A stretch of DNA of 64,000 nt from Prorocentrum cordatum (taxonomy: Eukaryota): contig CAUYUJ010000003.1 of NCBI GenBank assembly GCA_963575745.1, forward strand, positions 1,178,001 through 1,242,000, written 5' to 3'. Both the position numbers and the translations under genes were made by a program. The notes beneath the pieces were generated by a model. The model saw only the letters and a list, made by a program, of their open reading frames with translations. It ran no database searches and had not been told where the DNA came from. Below are positions 13,098 through 25,991 of this stretch, piece by piece; position 1 is the first letter of the stretch, and each line of letters opens with the position of its first letter.

Positions 13098-14449
13098 TAT
13101 GTATGTTGGTGATTGTTGTTCGGGCTGCAGTGCGTCAACAAGTGTCGGCGCTGATGTAAGAGATTGGTGATATTTGATGTTGACGGAATGGTATGGTCGA
13201 CGTCTGGTGCGTCGGTTGGGCTGCATATGTGTTGTAGCAGTTGTGCCGCATCGTGAACTCGCACGGCCCAATCGTACCTGACGTTGTCTTCGTGGTCGTG
13301 ACGAGAGTACAACCGTTGCGAGACCATGAGCGTGGCCTGCTTGGAGATGTCGTTGATTCTTGTAGTCGGCGCCCGTATTCGGGAACCAAGATGTCCGTTA
13401 GTGATGTTGACTGCTATTATGAAGCCCCGGTTCGAGTGGTAGTAGTCGGCAAAGTCGTTCATGTAGTTTCCCAGCGGCTGTCGTGGGTGGTTGGGTAGAC
13501 GTGGTCGCCATGCCTGTAGGTGGTGGGCTGCTAGCGATGCGCCGCTGAGCTTTCGGTACTTGGCTTGCTCAATAGGAAGCATTCTGAATTTGGAGAGTAT
13601 TGTCGCATGTGGATCGGGATCGGCTTAAGCGGTGGGTGGGGTTGGGTTCGTTGAAGGTGGTTGCTGATGAAAGAGTCGTGGTTGAATCTATCAGAGTAGA
13701 TGTACCATCGTGGTAGCAGTAGGCAGTCGTTTGGAAAGCGGTAGGTGTATGTGTTGTTTGCAGCGTTGTTGTAGACTGCGTAATGCCAAAGGTCTTTGTC
13801 ATAGTCGTTTTGGTCACTTCTGTCTTTGGAACTGTATGCTGTCCACCCTGCAGGCCAGTGCATCTCGTGGCTCTCGTGTCTTCCTCCTCCTCCTCCTCCT
13901 CCTCCTCCTCCTCCTCCTCCTCCCCTTCCTCCTCCTCCTCCTCCTCCTCCTCCTCCTCCTCCACCTCGTCCTCCTCGTCCTCGTCCTCCCTCCCCCCTCG
14001 TCCCTCTACCTCGTCGTCGTCCTCGTCCTCGTCCTCCTCCCTCCTCCTCCTCCCTCCTCCTGCTCCTCCTCCTCCTCCTCCTTCTCCCTCCTCTTCCTCC
14101 TCCTCCTCCTCCTCCTCCTTTTCCTCCTCCTCCCTCATCCCTCCCTCCCTCCGTTGTTCCACCCCTCCTTCCCTCCCTCCCCCATTCTCCCTCCCTCACC
14201 CCTCCGCTTCTTCGCTTCCTTGCGAGCTGAAGTTCCGTCGGAAGCGACCCTTCGCACCAGGAGAACGTTTGCGCTATGCGGGTCCTGGAGAATCCCTCCA
14301 GTCGTCGCCAGCTGGTGGGAGCTTGTTCTTAAAAGCAACAGGTAGAAGGTAGACGGCGGTGACAGCAGACAAAACAATAACTATATATATAGAGAGTGAG
14401 AGAGAGAGAGAAATAACAAAAACAAACATAACAAGCATAACACAACGGA

Positions 14450-17400
14450 GGCGGCGGCTCCTTCGCCTACGACTTTGCGCCGGGCCCTCCGCTCGATGAT
14501 TGGCCCCCCCCCCCCCGGACGACGTGCCACCCGTCCCTGGAGGGGGGAGGGGCGCCACTGGCGACGCCGTCGCCCGAGAGCACATCACCAAGGCTGATAA
14601 GAAGCACGGTAACCGAAGCCAAATCGCACGCCATGCACATGGGGAGAAGAACGTTTACTCCCAGGAGTCGATTGTCTCTGATCCCTCGCAGGTCCTCTGG
14701 GGCGTCGATTTCGATTCCGACGCCCGCCCGGAGCTTCTCCGCGCGGTCGACCACAGGCCGTCCCCCATCCACCTCCATGCCCGTCTTGAAGTTGAGCCCG
14801 TCGAGCTGTTCCAGCAGCGTGCAGTAGGTGGTCGGGCCCCACTCGGCCCCCCCCCGCGCGGCGTGCACGGCCGAGATAAAGCCCGATCCTCGTGCGAGGG
14901 CCGCGTTCGAACCACGACTCGGGCGGCGGCGAGCATCTCGCGGCCGACCCGAAGGGAACGAAAAGGGAAACGAACGGTTTATCGAACTTCCTCTGTCACC
15001 CTCGTCTGCGCATGATGACGCAAGCAGAAATACGGCACCTCGGAGACCCAGCGGGGGGCTGGTAGTGGAGCTGTCATCAGGAGCGTCCTCGCACCATCCA
15101 GGACAATGCCGCTTGCCCCCTCGGCCAATGAGTTTTGCCTCTCGCTGGCAGGTCGAATGGGGTCATGAGCGGTCACTGACTCGCCCAGCTGGCCCACGTT
15201 CAGGGACTTGCACGCTCGCCTGAGTTCAGGCATCAACATATACGTCCGCAATAGCATGTGCCCGAAGATTGACGAAGAAACCGACCGCGTGCTTCGCCGA
15301 CGTGCCGCGAGAGCCCTGTCTAGCCAGAAAGTTGGTGAACGGGTCGCGTGCAGTCGAGCGCGAGGTTTCCCCGCGGGGCGCCCATCGAGATCGCATCAGC
15401 CGCGAACTAGCGGCCCACGGCACGCAGGCCCACGAACTTTTGGTCGGCTAGGAGTGCGGCTGAAGCTGTTCGAAGGCCAAGTTATAAGTATTATTATCGT
15501 GCTGTGCCCGTAACGTATCCGCCCACTTAAACGTTGTGCAATGCGGACTATTGGGCGAGCGCGACAGCAAGCGCTGCCGAGAGACAGCCTCGCGCTTGAA
15601 GCGATCTGTCTCCGAGGCACCCCCAAGCAGATATTCTTCATCCGGGTCATCGGGCCTGTCGTCGTCGACGATTTCAGCAGGCCCCGGGTCGAACAGCTCA
15701 TCGACCAGGATGATCGCGGGGTCGCCGGGGGCAGGTGCAGCCGTTTCGACCAGCAACGCAGCTGCCCCGACCCCCCTCGCCCGCCGGCAGCCGCGCGCGA
15801 CGCAGTCGCGCGACGGCTCCGTTGCGTCGGGGCGAGATGCCACGTGGCACGTTTCCGCTCCAGCCCAGCCCAGGTTCGCAGCCTGCTGGGGCTCATCGTA
15901 GAAACAGGTGATCGTATCCATTCCATGCAACTGCAGCCTCAGGGGTGCAGACGCTGTGAGCATCAATGAAAGAATCCTCCATCGCGCCGCGCTTGAAGCG
16001 CCTTCGGCGATCATCTGTTGCGAGCGCAGCTCGAGAGTCGCGCGGTCTCTCGCTGCCTGGAAAGGTAGACCTCCCACTTGCCCAGGGTCAGCCACATCGG
16101 ACTTCGTGTCGATCGCCGCGCAAGCCCACCGCCCATGCCGCCCCTGGGAGAGCGGGCGCTGCACCGTCTACTCGACCCGAGGCCTCTCTGCCTGCCACGG
16201 CGCGGTAAGGGGTCTTCCCGTCGACAGCAAGATCCCCCCGCGCCCCAGCAGGCAGTTGTAGATATGGGACTCCGCCGGCTCCCCAGCGGCAACTTTAGCG
16301 GCGCTCTATGCAGAGATCACCTCCGGATTGCAGGGGCTTAACGCAGGCTCCCCCGACGGCGCCGAGGGCCCGCGATTGCCCGCTGGCCGCGTTAAGATGA
16401 TCGGGGGAGTCAAGGGCGGCATCCTTTCCATCCAACCTACTTCTTAGAAAACATTGTCCGTGACAAGGTTGGCCCTGCGCCCAGTGTCGATGATGGGCCG
16501 TCTGTCCGATCTCGATGGGGTCGGCCCCCTTTTCTCGGCTTCGCTCTCCCAGCGAGCGCGGCATCGCAGCTGCCCTCGCACTGGTCATCATAGTCTGGTG
16601 GGTGCCATGTCCATGGGCACTCTCACAATCCTGCCATTGAATTAAAGATGTGGTTAAAACAGAAAGATCAGTTAGCCATCTGGTAAGTATATCCATTAAT
16701 CTGCTTCCACAATAACATGCCTCATGGCCACTCTCGGATCCCTGTTCCAAGCCAATCCATGAGTGCTGGACTTCTCGTTCGACGGCGGCGGCCTCGCCGC
16801 GTGCGAGCTGTTGGCGCACTTTGACCCTGCGTTCCCTGGCGCTGGCCTGCCCAGAAGGAAAACCAGAACGATGACCCGCTGCACTCGGCACCTTGCGCCG
16901 ACCCCCTCGAGGGGCCCTGAGAGTCCAAGTGGCTGGGCGCGGGGTTGCGGGGCCAATGCGCGCCATCTTTCGTTGCGTCGCATAGCGACGCTCGCGGCCG
17001 CTGTCGCCGCGGCCGCCCGCGACGCCTTCAATCAACGGCGTCAGCGGGGGGCGCGGGAACGCCGCTAGCCCGGGCGCGCCTGGGGCGCCGCGCAAAAGCC
17101 GCATCGGCATCGGCAACTTCGCACCGCGAAGCGGCGCGATTCGCAGCTGGGGCAGCCGGGCCAGGGCTTCAATTGTCAAAAACGTGCGAATGATGTTGGT
17201 GGCTGTTTTCGGTGAAGCTGTCATCGGGGACAACCCGGAATCCTATCGGCAACGCGCGGAGCCCTGGCGCGGCGCGACAGACTGAGGGGGCAGCAAGCCC
17301 CGCCCCCGCCAAATCACTGGGGGACAAGGACATGCCCCCCCCCCCTGCCCCGACCGACGCCGACGACATAGTCGCCCAACGCTGGTTCTCGGCATCGCGG

Positions 17401-20030
17401 ATGCCGCGGAGGATCGCGCGACCCCGACAGCTCGCGCCGAAGGGGCGCGTCTGTCCAGTTAGGCGTCTCCAGGGCCGCCTGTGTTCCTTGCCTTTGCCCG
17501 TCCCCGCGCCGCCCTCGCCCTCGTCGTCGCCCGACCCTCCGGGGGCCTCGTTCTCGGCGACATTTTTGGCGACGGCATGTATCTGACCAGCGCTCCGCTC
17601 ACAATGATTGGTTTGCCGGCCTTCTCGGGGGTGGCCTCGCGCTTGCCCCTGGGCGCGTTGTCCACCCCCTTGGCTTTCCCGCGTTGGGGGCGATTTCCCA
17701 GGGGGGGGGGGCGCGCGCCGCGACTGAGCGCGCGGCGGCGCCCTCCCTTTGCGGAGCCCCAGCAAGGCGCGCGGCTCTGCGACAGCCGTCGCGATTGGCC
17801 ACCTCCGCCCATATCTTTCCCGCGCAATCGACCGCGCCCCTGATCGTCAAGCCGCGGTCCGATTTGCATTTGGACATTGCCGTTTCGCCCCCCGCCCGGC
17901 CCTTCGCCCCCGCCCCCCCGCCCGCGCCGGCCAGCGCAGCCGCGGACTTCTCCAGGGCGTCGTTCGCTCAAGCGGGGGCCCGTTTCTCAGGCCAGCGCGC
18001 GCGCTGGCATTGCCCCCGAGAGCACGGGCGTTTCCGCCGCGTGAACTTGCGGCGCTCCTCTGACAGCATGGGGCGGCAATCTACATGCGCGGGGGCCGGG
18101 GAGCTTCTGCCACTGCCACCTCCGTCGCCTCCGCCCCCCCCCGCCCCCGCCCGGCGCCCCCCGGGCATTCAATTGTTTTCTCTGGGCGGCGCGGCTGCGA
18201 GCGCCGCGGTCGTAACATTGGCCGGCTGGTTTGCCCCAGTAGCCATTCGTGTGACTTCGGGGCTCCCCCGCGAGGATCGTTGCCGCGGTCGCGCGTTACG
18301 AGGACCATCGCCATGCAAAAGCACTTCGTCTTCTCGCGATCAGGAACGCCCCCGGGCGGGGGGTCGGAAAGACTTGCGCGGCTGATCCATCTCGCCCATT
18401 ATCTCCAGCAGCTCGCGGTAGAATCGAAGTAAGTCGGCAGCGGCATCTTCGCCCGAGCCGTGGATCCGAACTCGCTTCAAATACTGGGGCGCGCACGCCT
18501 GACCACGGTGCGATCGCATGCGTGACAAAGATGGGTAGAATGGGGCGACCTTTCAGCATCGTCTCCTTCTTCAACATGGCGGTGTCGCAGCGGTCCACTT
18601 CGCGTGCCAAGTGTCTGAACCGTGGATAAGTTCGTGGGCCAAACAATCTCATTGATTTTACTCATCAGGTCGGAGGCGACCCGAATCCTCGAGAGAATCC
18701 GATTCCACCGTCTAGATATCGAATGCATCAGAAATCCAAACAACGGCGGCTCTTCACTTCGGGAAACGCGATGCAACGCGCGCGATGGCGCCCCTGCTCC
18801 ACTTTCGGAAGCCGGCCTCGTCAAGAACGGGATATATGGATACATCCTTGATTTTTCCGCGACGCTTTCGCGGCGGGGCCGAGGGCCCCCCCCCCCCGAA
18901 GCGGGGGCGCCCCCGTCCCCGCCGGGAGGGCCGCCGGGCAGTCCATCATACCTTTCACGACGCCGCTCTTCATCGTCCTCATCCCCGTCCTCTGATGGGT
19001 CGCCAGGTTCACTATCAGAGTCGTCGCCCGTCGAACCACTGCCCCCGCCAGGGTTGTCGACGCCGCCCGGAGGGCCCGATCCTTCCATCGGTCTATCAGG
19101 GGGCGGCAGCTCGCCCTCGTCGTCTTCGCCTGTCAAGACGCCGTCGCCCCCCCCTTCGAGCCGAGGAAAGCCCCGGGAAGGTGGCCGCGGGGGTAGCGCT
19201 AGAAATCGCATCGTCCGTTTGGTTTCCTCCTTCCGTTGTCTTTCCACTCCCCGAGACAAGGCTCCCTGGGCGGCCTCAGATTCCGCGGGCCGAAGGGCGA
19301 GCCCTTTTGCTCTGTCGTCCTTTCTCTTGGCTATCTGCTCGGCGGAGCTCTCCGCTCCCTTCGCCGCCCCAGCGAGCGTCTCTGTCGGTCGCCGGTGCCG
19401 TGCCTCTGCCTTGCCCCCCAATGCTTCTAACCTCTTCGCGCCGCCGCTACGGGGCGGCCGCGCCGCTGCCGCCTCCGAGGCGCCCGCGGCGCAGTTGAGG
19501 GGGCGCCCCTGGAGGCGGCGGGCAGTCGCTGCCAGGGGGCTGTTTGAGCCGCGATGCGCTCCGCGAGCTGTCGCCTCCGCTTCTTCGTTCTGATGTTTCA
19601 TCTCAGCTTCTCCCTCGTTCTTGGCGCGGCCCTGGCGGCGCGTCTGGCGCCGCCATTTCCGCGCGCCGAGATGCGGATCGCAGAAGGCCTTGGAAACGCG
19701 AGGACAGTCATGCCCGGCCCGCCGCCGGCACGCGCGCAGCGTTGCCCGCCGCCGACCGCCGCCGGGGCGGCCCTCAGCCCACCCCCCCCACATAACATCC
19801 TTGGGGGAGGGCGCCGGGCGCATTGCGTCGCCGTTCGCCCTCGCGAGGTGTCGACGCAGTTCTTGCTGCGCGCGATTCGCAGCGCGTTCCCGGTAAAAAT
19901 GCTCGCGCTGTGATGGCCCAGGCCCTCGTGGTCTGCTCGGTGCTTGCCGCTGCGGTTCGGGCAGCCGTTGGCGCCTCGCGGTCGGCCGGGCTTTTCGCGC
20001 GCGCAACTTGACCTTACTACTAACATCTCG
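14450..20030 (-). mobile_element. Decayed Ty1/Copia-like LTR retrotransposon remnant (gag, protease, integrase; no RT or RNase H seen)
   Basis: Gag-like MLKGRPIL and LLRFYRELLEIM (about 18650-18380); aspartic protease IIDTG (about 16485); degenerate integrase Zn finger KREAVSRQRLLSRSPNSPHC (about 15600-15535); integrase core PELRRACKSL...QNSLAE...IVLDGARTLL (15230-15010); post-integrase segment to about 14700. Many frameshifts; boundaries approximate. Confidence 0.7.
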
Positions 20031-22964
20031 TACCTCCGCGGCCGCTCGAAACCTACTTCTTATAAGCTAGCCGCTTCGGCGAGCGCCATCGCCTCGTTCC
20101 GGGCCGGGCGTCTGCCATCTGCTTCTCACCCTGTCCACCGTCGCCACGCTCTGCCGAGTGGCGCGATGGGCGGCTGCCTCCGCGGTTGCCTTCTCCGCGA
20201 GAGCCTTCAGCAGCGCCTCCTGGGCCTCGTTATTTCACCTTCGCGCTGTTAGCCGCCGTCGCTTCGAGCTCCTGGGCAGCCCTGCGGCGGGCAGCTGTCT
20301 GCGCGTCAGCGGCCCCCCCAGATTGCGGACCTGGGCAGCTCTGCCGCGTTCGCCTCGCGATCGCGGGCGCTCCTCTCGCCCGCGACAGACGGCCCCATCC
20401 TACTGGCCAGTTCCCTTAGCCGGGTAACTGAATGTCTGTTCTGTGGCCACGGCCTGCTGCCCCATCTCCACATCGGAACTTACTCGAGCCATCTCGGCGC
20501 GACCCGAATCGGCCTGGAGGCGCGCGGCGGCTCGCTGCTGAAGTTTTGTCTGAGCGAATCGTTCCCGCGTCTGCGCCAGCTCGCTGTCTCTTTCGTCGAT
20601 GGCCTCTCAGCGCCTCTTCCCCCCCGCCCCCCCCCCCCCCCCCCCCCCCCCCCCATTCCCACCCTCGCAGCGCCGCGCAGTGAAGAGCGGGCGGGGGGGG
20701 GGGGGGGGCAATTTGGCGGGGAAATTTGACGTCGCAGCGCGGGCAACCCGGGGCCTCATGCGTCAGCCCGGTTTCCCGGGCAACGGCTCTCTGGGAACCG
20801 AGCGCAATCGGGGCCGAAGTTAGCGCGCGGCCCCTGCGACCTAACGCTCGACGCAGTGGATCTGGCTTTGCGAGCAGAGGACTGGGGCGCGCCCGATGGG
20901 GCCCCGTCAACGCGAGTCTTCGCTTGCTGAGCGAACCTTCCCCTCGAGCGAGCCCCGCGGGGCGGGCCAGCGCGCGGCGCCCCAGGCGCGGCCCCCGCCG
21001 CGGCCCCGCGCCGCTCGGGGGGGTCGGGAGGCCCGGCGACTCAGGAACGCCATTCCCCTCGCCCCCACGGGCTCGCGCGCGGGGCCCCGTCCATTCGCGA
21101 TGGCTTCGCTGCAGGGGAGGTCGCCGACAAGTCTATCAGCGGTCGGGGCTGCCCGATGGCTGGCCCGCTCGCGCCATCCTAGCCCATGGCCAGCGGCGTA
21201 ACTCTCCCGGGAAAGGGAGAATCCTCTCTCTCGAGCCCTGCACCCTCATCCTGGTCGCTGAGCGTCTCGGCGGGCGCCCAGCCGCGCGCCCTCCAATGTC
21301 CGCGCCCATGCTCGCAAACCCCGGCGCCAGCTTAATATCATAGATGGTTGGGCCTTCGTCGCAGGCTGGAGCTCCTCGGTCGCCCGAGGGAGACGCAGGG
21401 TCGACTTGGCTGACGCGGTGGCCTCCGAAAATGTGGAGATGGCGCCGCCAGGAAAGTCGGAGTGAATTACGTCGGCCTGGTTGGCCCGCCCTCGTTGTGC
21501 GGGCCGCGCAGGGGCCGACTGCCGTACACCCCCCTCTCCCGTGACTCGACGGTCCTGTGAAGTATCCGGCCTACCTCCGCGCCGACCCTCCACTGAATCA
21601 TTGCAATCGGCGGAGTCTGTCTTGCTGAGATTTTGCGGAAGCCCCGCGGTCGCGCCAATGACGCCGTCATCAGACGCGACCGCAAAGGACTCTTCCCAAG
21701 GTGCAACTTACCTTGCGCGGCAGGTACGGACCCACCGCCAATTTCATGAACTATAAGTTTGTTGGGGTCCGACGCCTCCCCGTGCGCATTTGGCCCCATC
21801 ATCCATGAAACTTTCGACACAGTCGCGAAACCTCTTGGGTCCCATTTCGGTTGGTAACAAACAGTTCTCCAGGTTGATCTCACATATGCTGAAGGGGAAC
21901 CCACAAGCAAAATACTTGCTTATGATCTGGTAACTTGTAGTGTAGTGGTTAAGTTGCTCAACGGAGATCCCCTGCTACGTCTCGGTGATGCGGAACGTGT
22001 GGACATGGCTAAACGTGTCCGTTCAGCAAATTGAGCTATGATAAGTTTGCTCATGTTGGAGAGTACCCGGCCCGGGCCAGGTGGAGGGCGCGCGCTTTTC
22101 ACCTATGAGTACACATAATTTCGACATGTACGTAAGTGGCGGCGCCAACCTTCCACTCTGGATGTTGGCGCAAAAGGTTTAAACATAGCGGAAAGAGCGT
22201 TCGTAATGATTCCTTCTCTCGGGCTGGACGAAAGGGGTAGCGAGTCTAGGTCACCCAACTTCGCGCATCACCGCCCACCCTCTTTTACCCCAAGCAATAC
22301 TGGGGTCGACAGATACACAGGTTAATAAACACCAATTTCAAAATCCTCCATACGTTTCCATGCATTCTAGATGATCTGATTCCCTTCTGTTGCCGATCTG
22401 TTCCCACATGCGTTCCAAGATTTCCAAATGTACTTGTGTGTGTGCGTGTGTGTGTGTGTGTGGGTGGGTGGGTGGGTGGGTGGGTGGGTGGGGGGGGGGG
22501 GGCGCCTATCTTTGCTTCCTGAAGCAAGGCAGGGGGCGTCGGCTTCCTAGCGCGCCCCGCGGTGCGCGACGCGCGGTCACCTCCTCCGCGTCCTCGCGAG
22601 GTCACCTTGGACAAATGCAGCTCTCCGGCCGAGGTCGCGACGCGCGAAGCGCGACTATCTTCGCGCCCCTGGGGGCGCAATACGTAGACGAACCAGCTCA
22701 TGTAGCTGGATGTTCCTCGCGCTGTCCTCGATGCATGGCCGCCTCGAGGCATCAGGGAATGGGACAGGTCGGCGAGGCCGAAATCTGCCGCATGTGAAAC
22801 CCAAACCAGCCGCATATAATCTGCCGCATGTAAAATTTAAAGTTCACCCTTTCCCGCCCCCCCCCTTTCGCTGAACCCCGTCCTCCCCCTCGGCCAACCA
22901 GCCAATCAGCAAACTAGCCGGCCGGCAGGCCAGGCCGGATGCTTCCATGGCCTCTCCCCCCTAC

Positions 22965-23006
22965 CTTCTGGCCCTCCAGCAGCGGGTTGATGGGCAGGGC
23001 GGACTC
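22965..23006 (-). CDS. PanE-FAH gene exon 5: 14-aa linker ESALPINPLLEGQK
   Basis: TTCCTCTGAG acceptor, AAG|GTAGG donor, phase 0 at both ends. LLEGQK joined to VLGTICNH recreates an FAH-like first strand. Confidence 0.65.
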
Positions 23007-23532
23007 CTCAGAGGAACAACATCGGCATAAACATCTACTTTGGGAGGTCCGGGCGGATTTCTTGGATCGGCGCTGGACCCGTGGGGCGGCGCCTTCGGCG
23101 CCGCGCCTAACGCGCTCCGCACGCATGAGACGGGGTCCGACGCCGACTCAGGAAACCTGCGCGGATCTCCGAAAGACTAAGTATGTTCAGGCCGCTTTCT
23201 CCCCTTTTTGGCGGCAAGCCTGGGGAGGAAGTCAAAAGGCAGACCTTCTCAGAAGGCGCCGGGCCTTCTCAAAAGCCCAGCTTCTGCCTCGGGAGAAGGC
23301 CGAAAGAGCTTCTCAGAAGGCGGGAGGCCTCCCGAGCCTCCCGAGAAGGCCCGCCCTCTCTGACTCCCCCCCTGGGCGACCCAATTTCCGGGTCATACCT
23401 CAGGTGTCCGGCGGCCGCTCGGGACGATGCGGGTACCCCGGAACGCCCTCGGCAGGGCGCAGCCGCTGGGGCCGCGCCGCGAGGCCAGAGAGCCAACGAG
23501 GGCCCACGGCAACCCCGAGGACCCCGAAGCTC

Positions 23533-23607
23533 CTGGCGCGCCATCCGCTCACGCATGAGCAGCGTGGTGAAGAGGGCGCCGATCACCGGCGTCGGGATGC
23601 CCTTGGC
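23533..23607 (-). CDS. panE: PanE-FAH gene exon 4: C-terminal helix of the KPR domain
   Basis: AKGIPTPVIGALFTTLLMRERMARQ matches the G[VI]PTP end of KPR. AAG acceptor and a probable CAG|GA donor; no stop codon at the domain end. Confidence 0.8.
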
Positions 23608-23822
23608 CTTCGCGGGTTCGGGGCCCGGGCCGCCCTCTCCCCCTCCCGCGAAGAGCCCCCCCACCCCCGCCACGGGGGCCGAGAGGCCGCCCAGGAACGG
23701 CGGCGACGAGGACGGCGACGAAGACAAAGGAGGGCGCGGACGAGGGCGAGGGAGAGGACGAGGACGAGGACAAGGGAGAGGACGAGGACGAATTCGACGA
23801 CGACGAGTAGGACGGCGAGGGC

Positions 23823-24614
23823 CTTGCCCATGCGGACCACGGACCCGAGAAGGTCGTCCAGTTCGCTGGGGCGGCCCGCCCAGATGTCCCTACTGCAGCT
23901 GGTGGTCGCCCCCTTCGACTTCTGGAGGAGCGCGACGCGGTCCTCCAGCCACTTGTCCTCGTACTTGAGCCCGTAACTCCTGGCCAGCGCGATGATCTCG
24001 TGCATCACGCTGCGCCACATGTCTTGGAGCTCGGGAACAGTCCCAATGATGTCCTGAGTGACAGCGGGGCCGCACGTCGCGCCGACTGCTGTGCTGGCGC
24101 AGATGAACGCAAACTTCTCCCAAATCTTTGGCATTGCCTCGCTCTCAAGGTGCCCCTCCATGCCCGGGCTCGAGCTAAAGATCCTCGCCACCGCCTGCGT
24201 CTTCGAACTGGGTGGACCACTGTACTCTCCGAACGTGATGTAGGGCGGGTCAGCAGCCCAATGGCGGATCATACCAGGCTCCTGGATCGCAGCAACGATG
24301 TTGCAACATCCGGCCAGAGCGTGCCCAACCCCCCAGCCCTTGACAATGTCTTGGATGTTATCAAATCCTTCGACGCCGTTCTGGAGAGGCAATATCAGCG
24401 TGTCGGCCCCGCACCACTTCCTGCACATCTGAAGGCACTTCTTGGCCTCCCAGGCCTTGCAGCACAGCACTATAACGTCGGCCACGAAATCCTCCTCCGT
24501 CTTTCGGCACTTCGGATCTGCCTCTGTGCCAATGTCCGCCTGGATGCTGTTTGTGTCGATGATGGCATCAAGCTGCTCTGGCGGTACAGTCGCGTCCCCG
24601 CAGATGCTTTTGAC
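23823..24614 (-). CDS. panE: PanE-FAH gene exon 3: core of 2-dehydropantoate 2-reductase (ApbA/PanE family)
   Basis: 264 open codons with KPR motifs DVIVLCCKAW, LPLQNG, catalytic Lys in IWEKFAF, TSCSRD and catalytic Glu in RPSELD. CAG acceptor and AAG|GC donor. Confidence 0.93.
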
Positions 24615-24901
24615 CTGCGGAGCGCAGACAACCGCAGCATCACCCCTCTGAAGGAAGCTCTCGCGGCAAGGCTGTGTCGCGTTTCCCAGGAACTGCAGGC
24701 GGAAAAACACGAGGCCGCGGAACCCTTGCAAGGGCGCCGACCGAACGCCTGAGCACACCAACATGAACGAATATGACCCCGAGGAAAAAACATGTTCGGG
24801 CGAAATCCAAACGAACCCCACGCCCATGCCAAATGGGTTGGCATATGTATGGTTGTTCGACTCAGCAGAAGTTCAGCCCACATTTGCCCCTCAAGAGGGG
24901 C

Positions 24902-24996
24902 CCGCACGCCGTGCTTCCTCAGCGCCGCAAGGGCCTGGTTGCGGACCATGAAGCTGACGCGCTGCCCCTGCTGCGCGAGCCGCGCACCGAAATTCG
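24902..24996 (-). CDS. panE: PanE-FAH gene exon 2
   Basis: CCAG acceptor. Phase completes exon 1 (G+CG = Ala), giving GCGGVGANFGARLAQQGQRVSFMVRNQALAALRKHGVR, a typical KPR N-terminus. GC donor at 24901. Confidence 0.85.
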
Positions 24997-25029
24997 CTGG
25001 CCCAACGGGCCAGGGGCGTACTAAAATCT

Positions 25030-25810
25030 CTGGTGACTGGTTGAGAATTTTCTAGTTCGCGCACGCGGGGCCGCTTCTGGGGGTCCCCGGCCGGAAAGTA
25101 CCCGGGCAAGGTCCTGGCAAGTCCGTCTCAGAGATGGCTTTGCTCCTGGGCGCTGCCTGCAGAGCCTCCCAGCAAGCCTCAAGAAGAGCCAAGATGCCCC
25201 GAAGAGGTCGCCAAGATAATTTCAGAGGGCTCCCAGACGCCACAAGATCGCTCCAAGACGCCCAGTATTGCCCCAAGACATCTCAAGAAGCATCCCAGAC
25301 GCCCCGAAAAGCCTCCAGAAGCATTCCCAAGGAGGCATCAAGAAGTAAAACCCATCGATGTCATGTCATATCGCAATGATTTGTACATTCTCGCATTTTC
25401 AACTCGACGCTCCAAGACTGGTCAAGAGGCTCAAAATCTCGCCCCAAAACGCCCCGGGGCGCGACACAGCCCAAGCGGGCGCCACGAGGGCCCAAGAGGC
25501 CTCCAAGATCGTCCCAACACAGCCCCAGACAGCCCCAAGACAACCCGAAAGGCCTCCAATACGGCCCAAGAGGCCCCCAAGATGGCTCCAAGAGCGGGCC
25601 TTGACGGGGGACCCGAACAGACATTTCGAGATCTCGGCCCCGAAAGGCCCCAAGAGGCCAACAAGAGGCCTCCAAGAGGCCCCAGGAGATCCACCCCAAA
25701 AAGTCACGAGGCCCTCGAGAGGCCTCCAAAGAGACCCTGAGCAGCCTCCCAACGAGGGGTCTTTTCCACGATCAGTTTGGCCCCCAAATGCCACAAGAAG
25801 CCATCGAGAG
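25030..25810 (+). repeat. Dispersed CCAAGA/GGCCCCAAGAGG-rich repeat inside intron 1; similar sequence at 40410-40620, 49620-49900, 58850-59230
   Basis: Shared low-complexity motifs at four locations. Confidence 0.6.
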
Positions 25811-25954
25811 GCCTCCTCCTCATCCTCATCCCCCCCTCTTCCTCCTTCTCGTCGTCGTCGTCCTCCTCCTCCTTCTCGCTCGCCACGAACACACAAACAT
25901 ATTGCACCATTGGTGCAATGTGGGCCGGCGGAATGAGCGAAGCGATTAAATAAC

Positions 25955-25991
25955 CCCCGACGCCGCCGCACCCGAAGATCAGCCAGCGCAT
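25955..25991 (-). CDS. panE: PanE-FAH gene, first recognisable exon: Rossmann GxGxxG motif of ketopantoate reductase
   Basis: Translates MRWLIFGCGGVG plus one base, followed by a GT donor at 25954. An in-frame TGA and a possible AG acceptor at 26018-26017 lie upstream, so the exon may begin at 26016 with further exons upstream. Confidence 0.8.

Larger units (their letters stand above)
6860..13880 (-). other. Unidentified decayed A/C-skewed coding element, copy 1 (segments 13880-13100, 8520-7790, 7330-6860), split by insertions
   Basis: Lower GC and strong strand skew. Peptide DNVRYDWAVRVHDAAQLLQHI resembles DNNMKCDWAVNTYDTAALLQKV at about 61230. Confidence 0.5.

Noticed and set aside
18477..20006. 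509-aa and other long Arg/Pro/Ala-rich ORFs, including those at 41793-47799
   Set aside because: Shadow frames or frameshifted pieces of GC-rich decayed retroelements, not independent genes
21467..22250. Lower-GC segment with a 147-aa ORF upstream of the Copia gag
   Set aside because: May belong to the Copia 5' region, but no motif, LTR pair or primer-binding site could be identified
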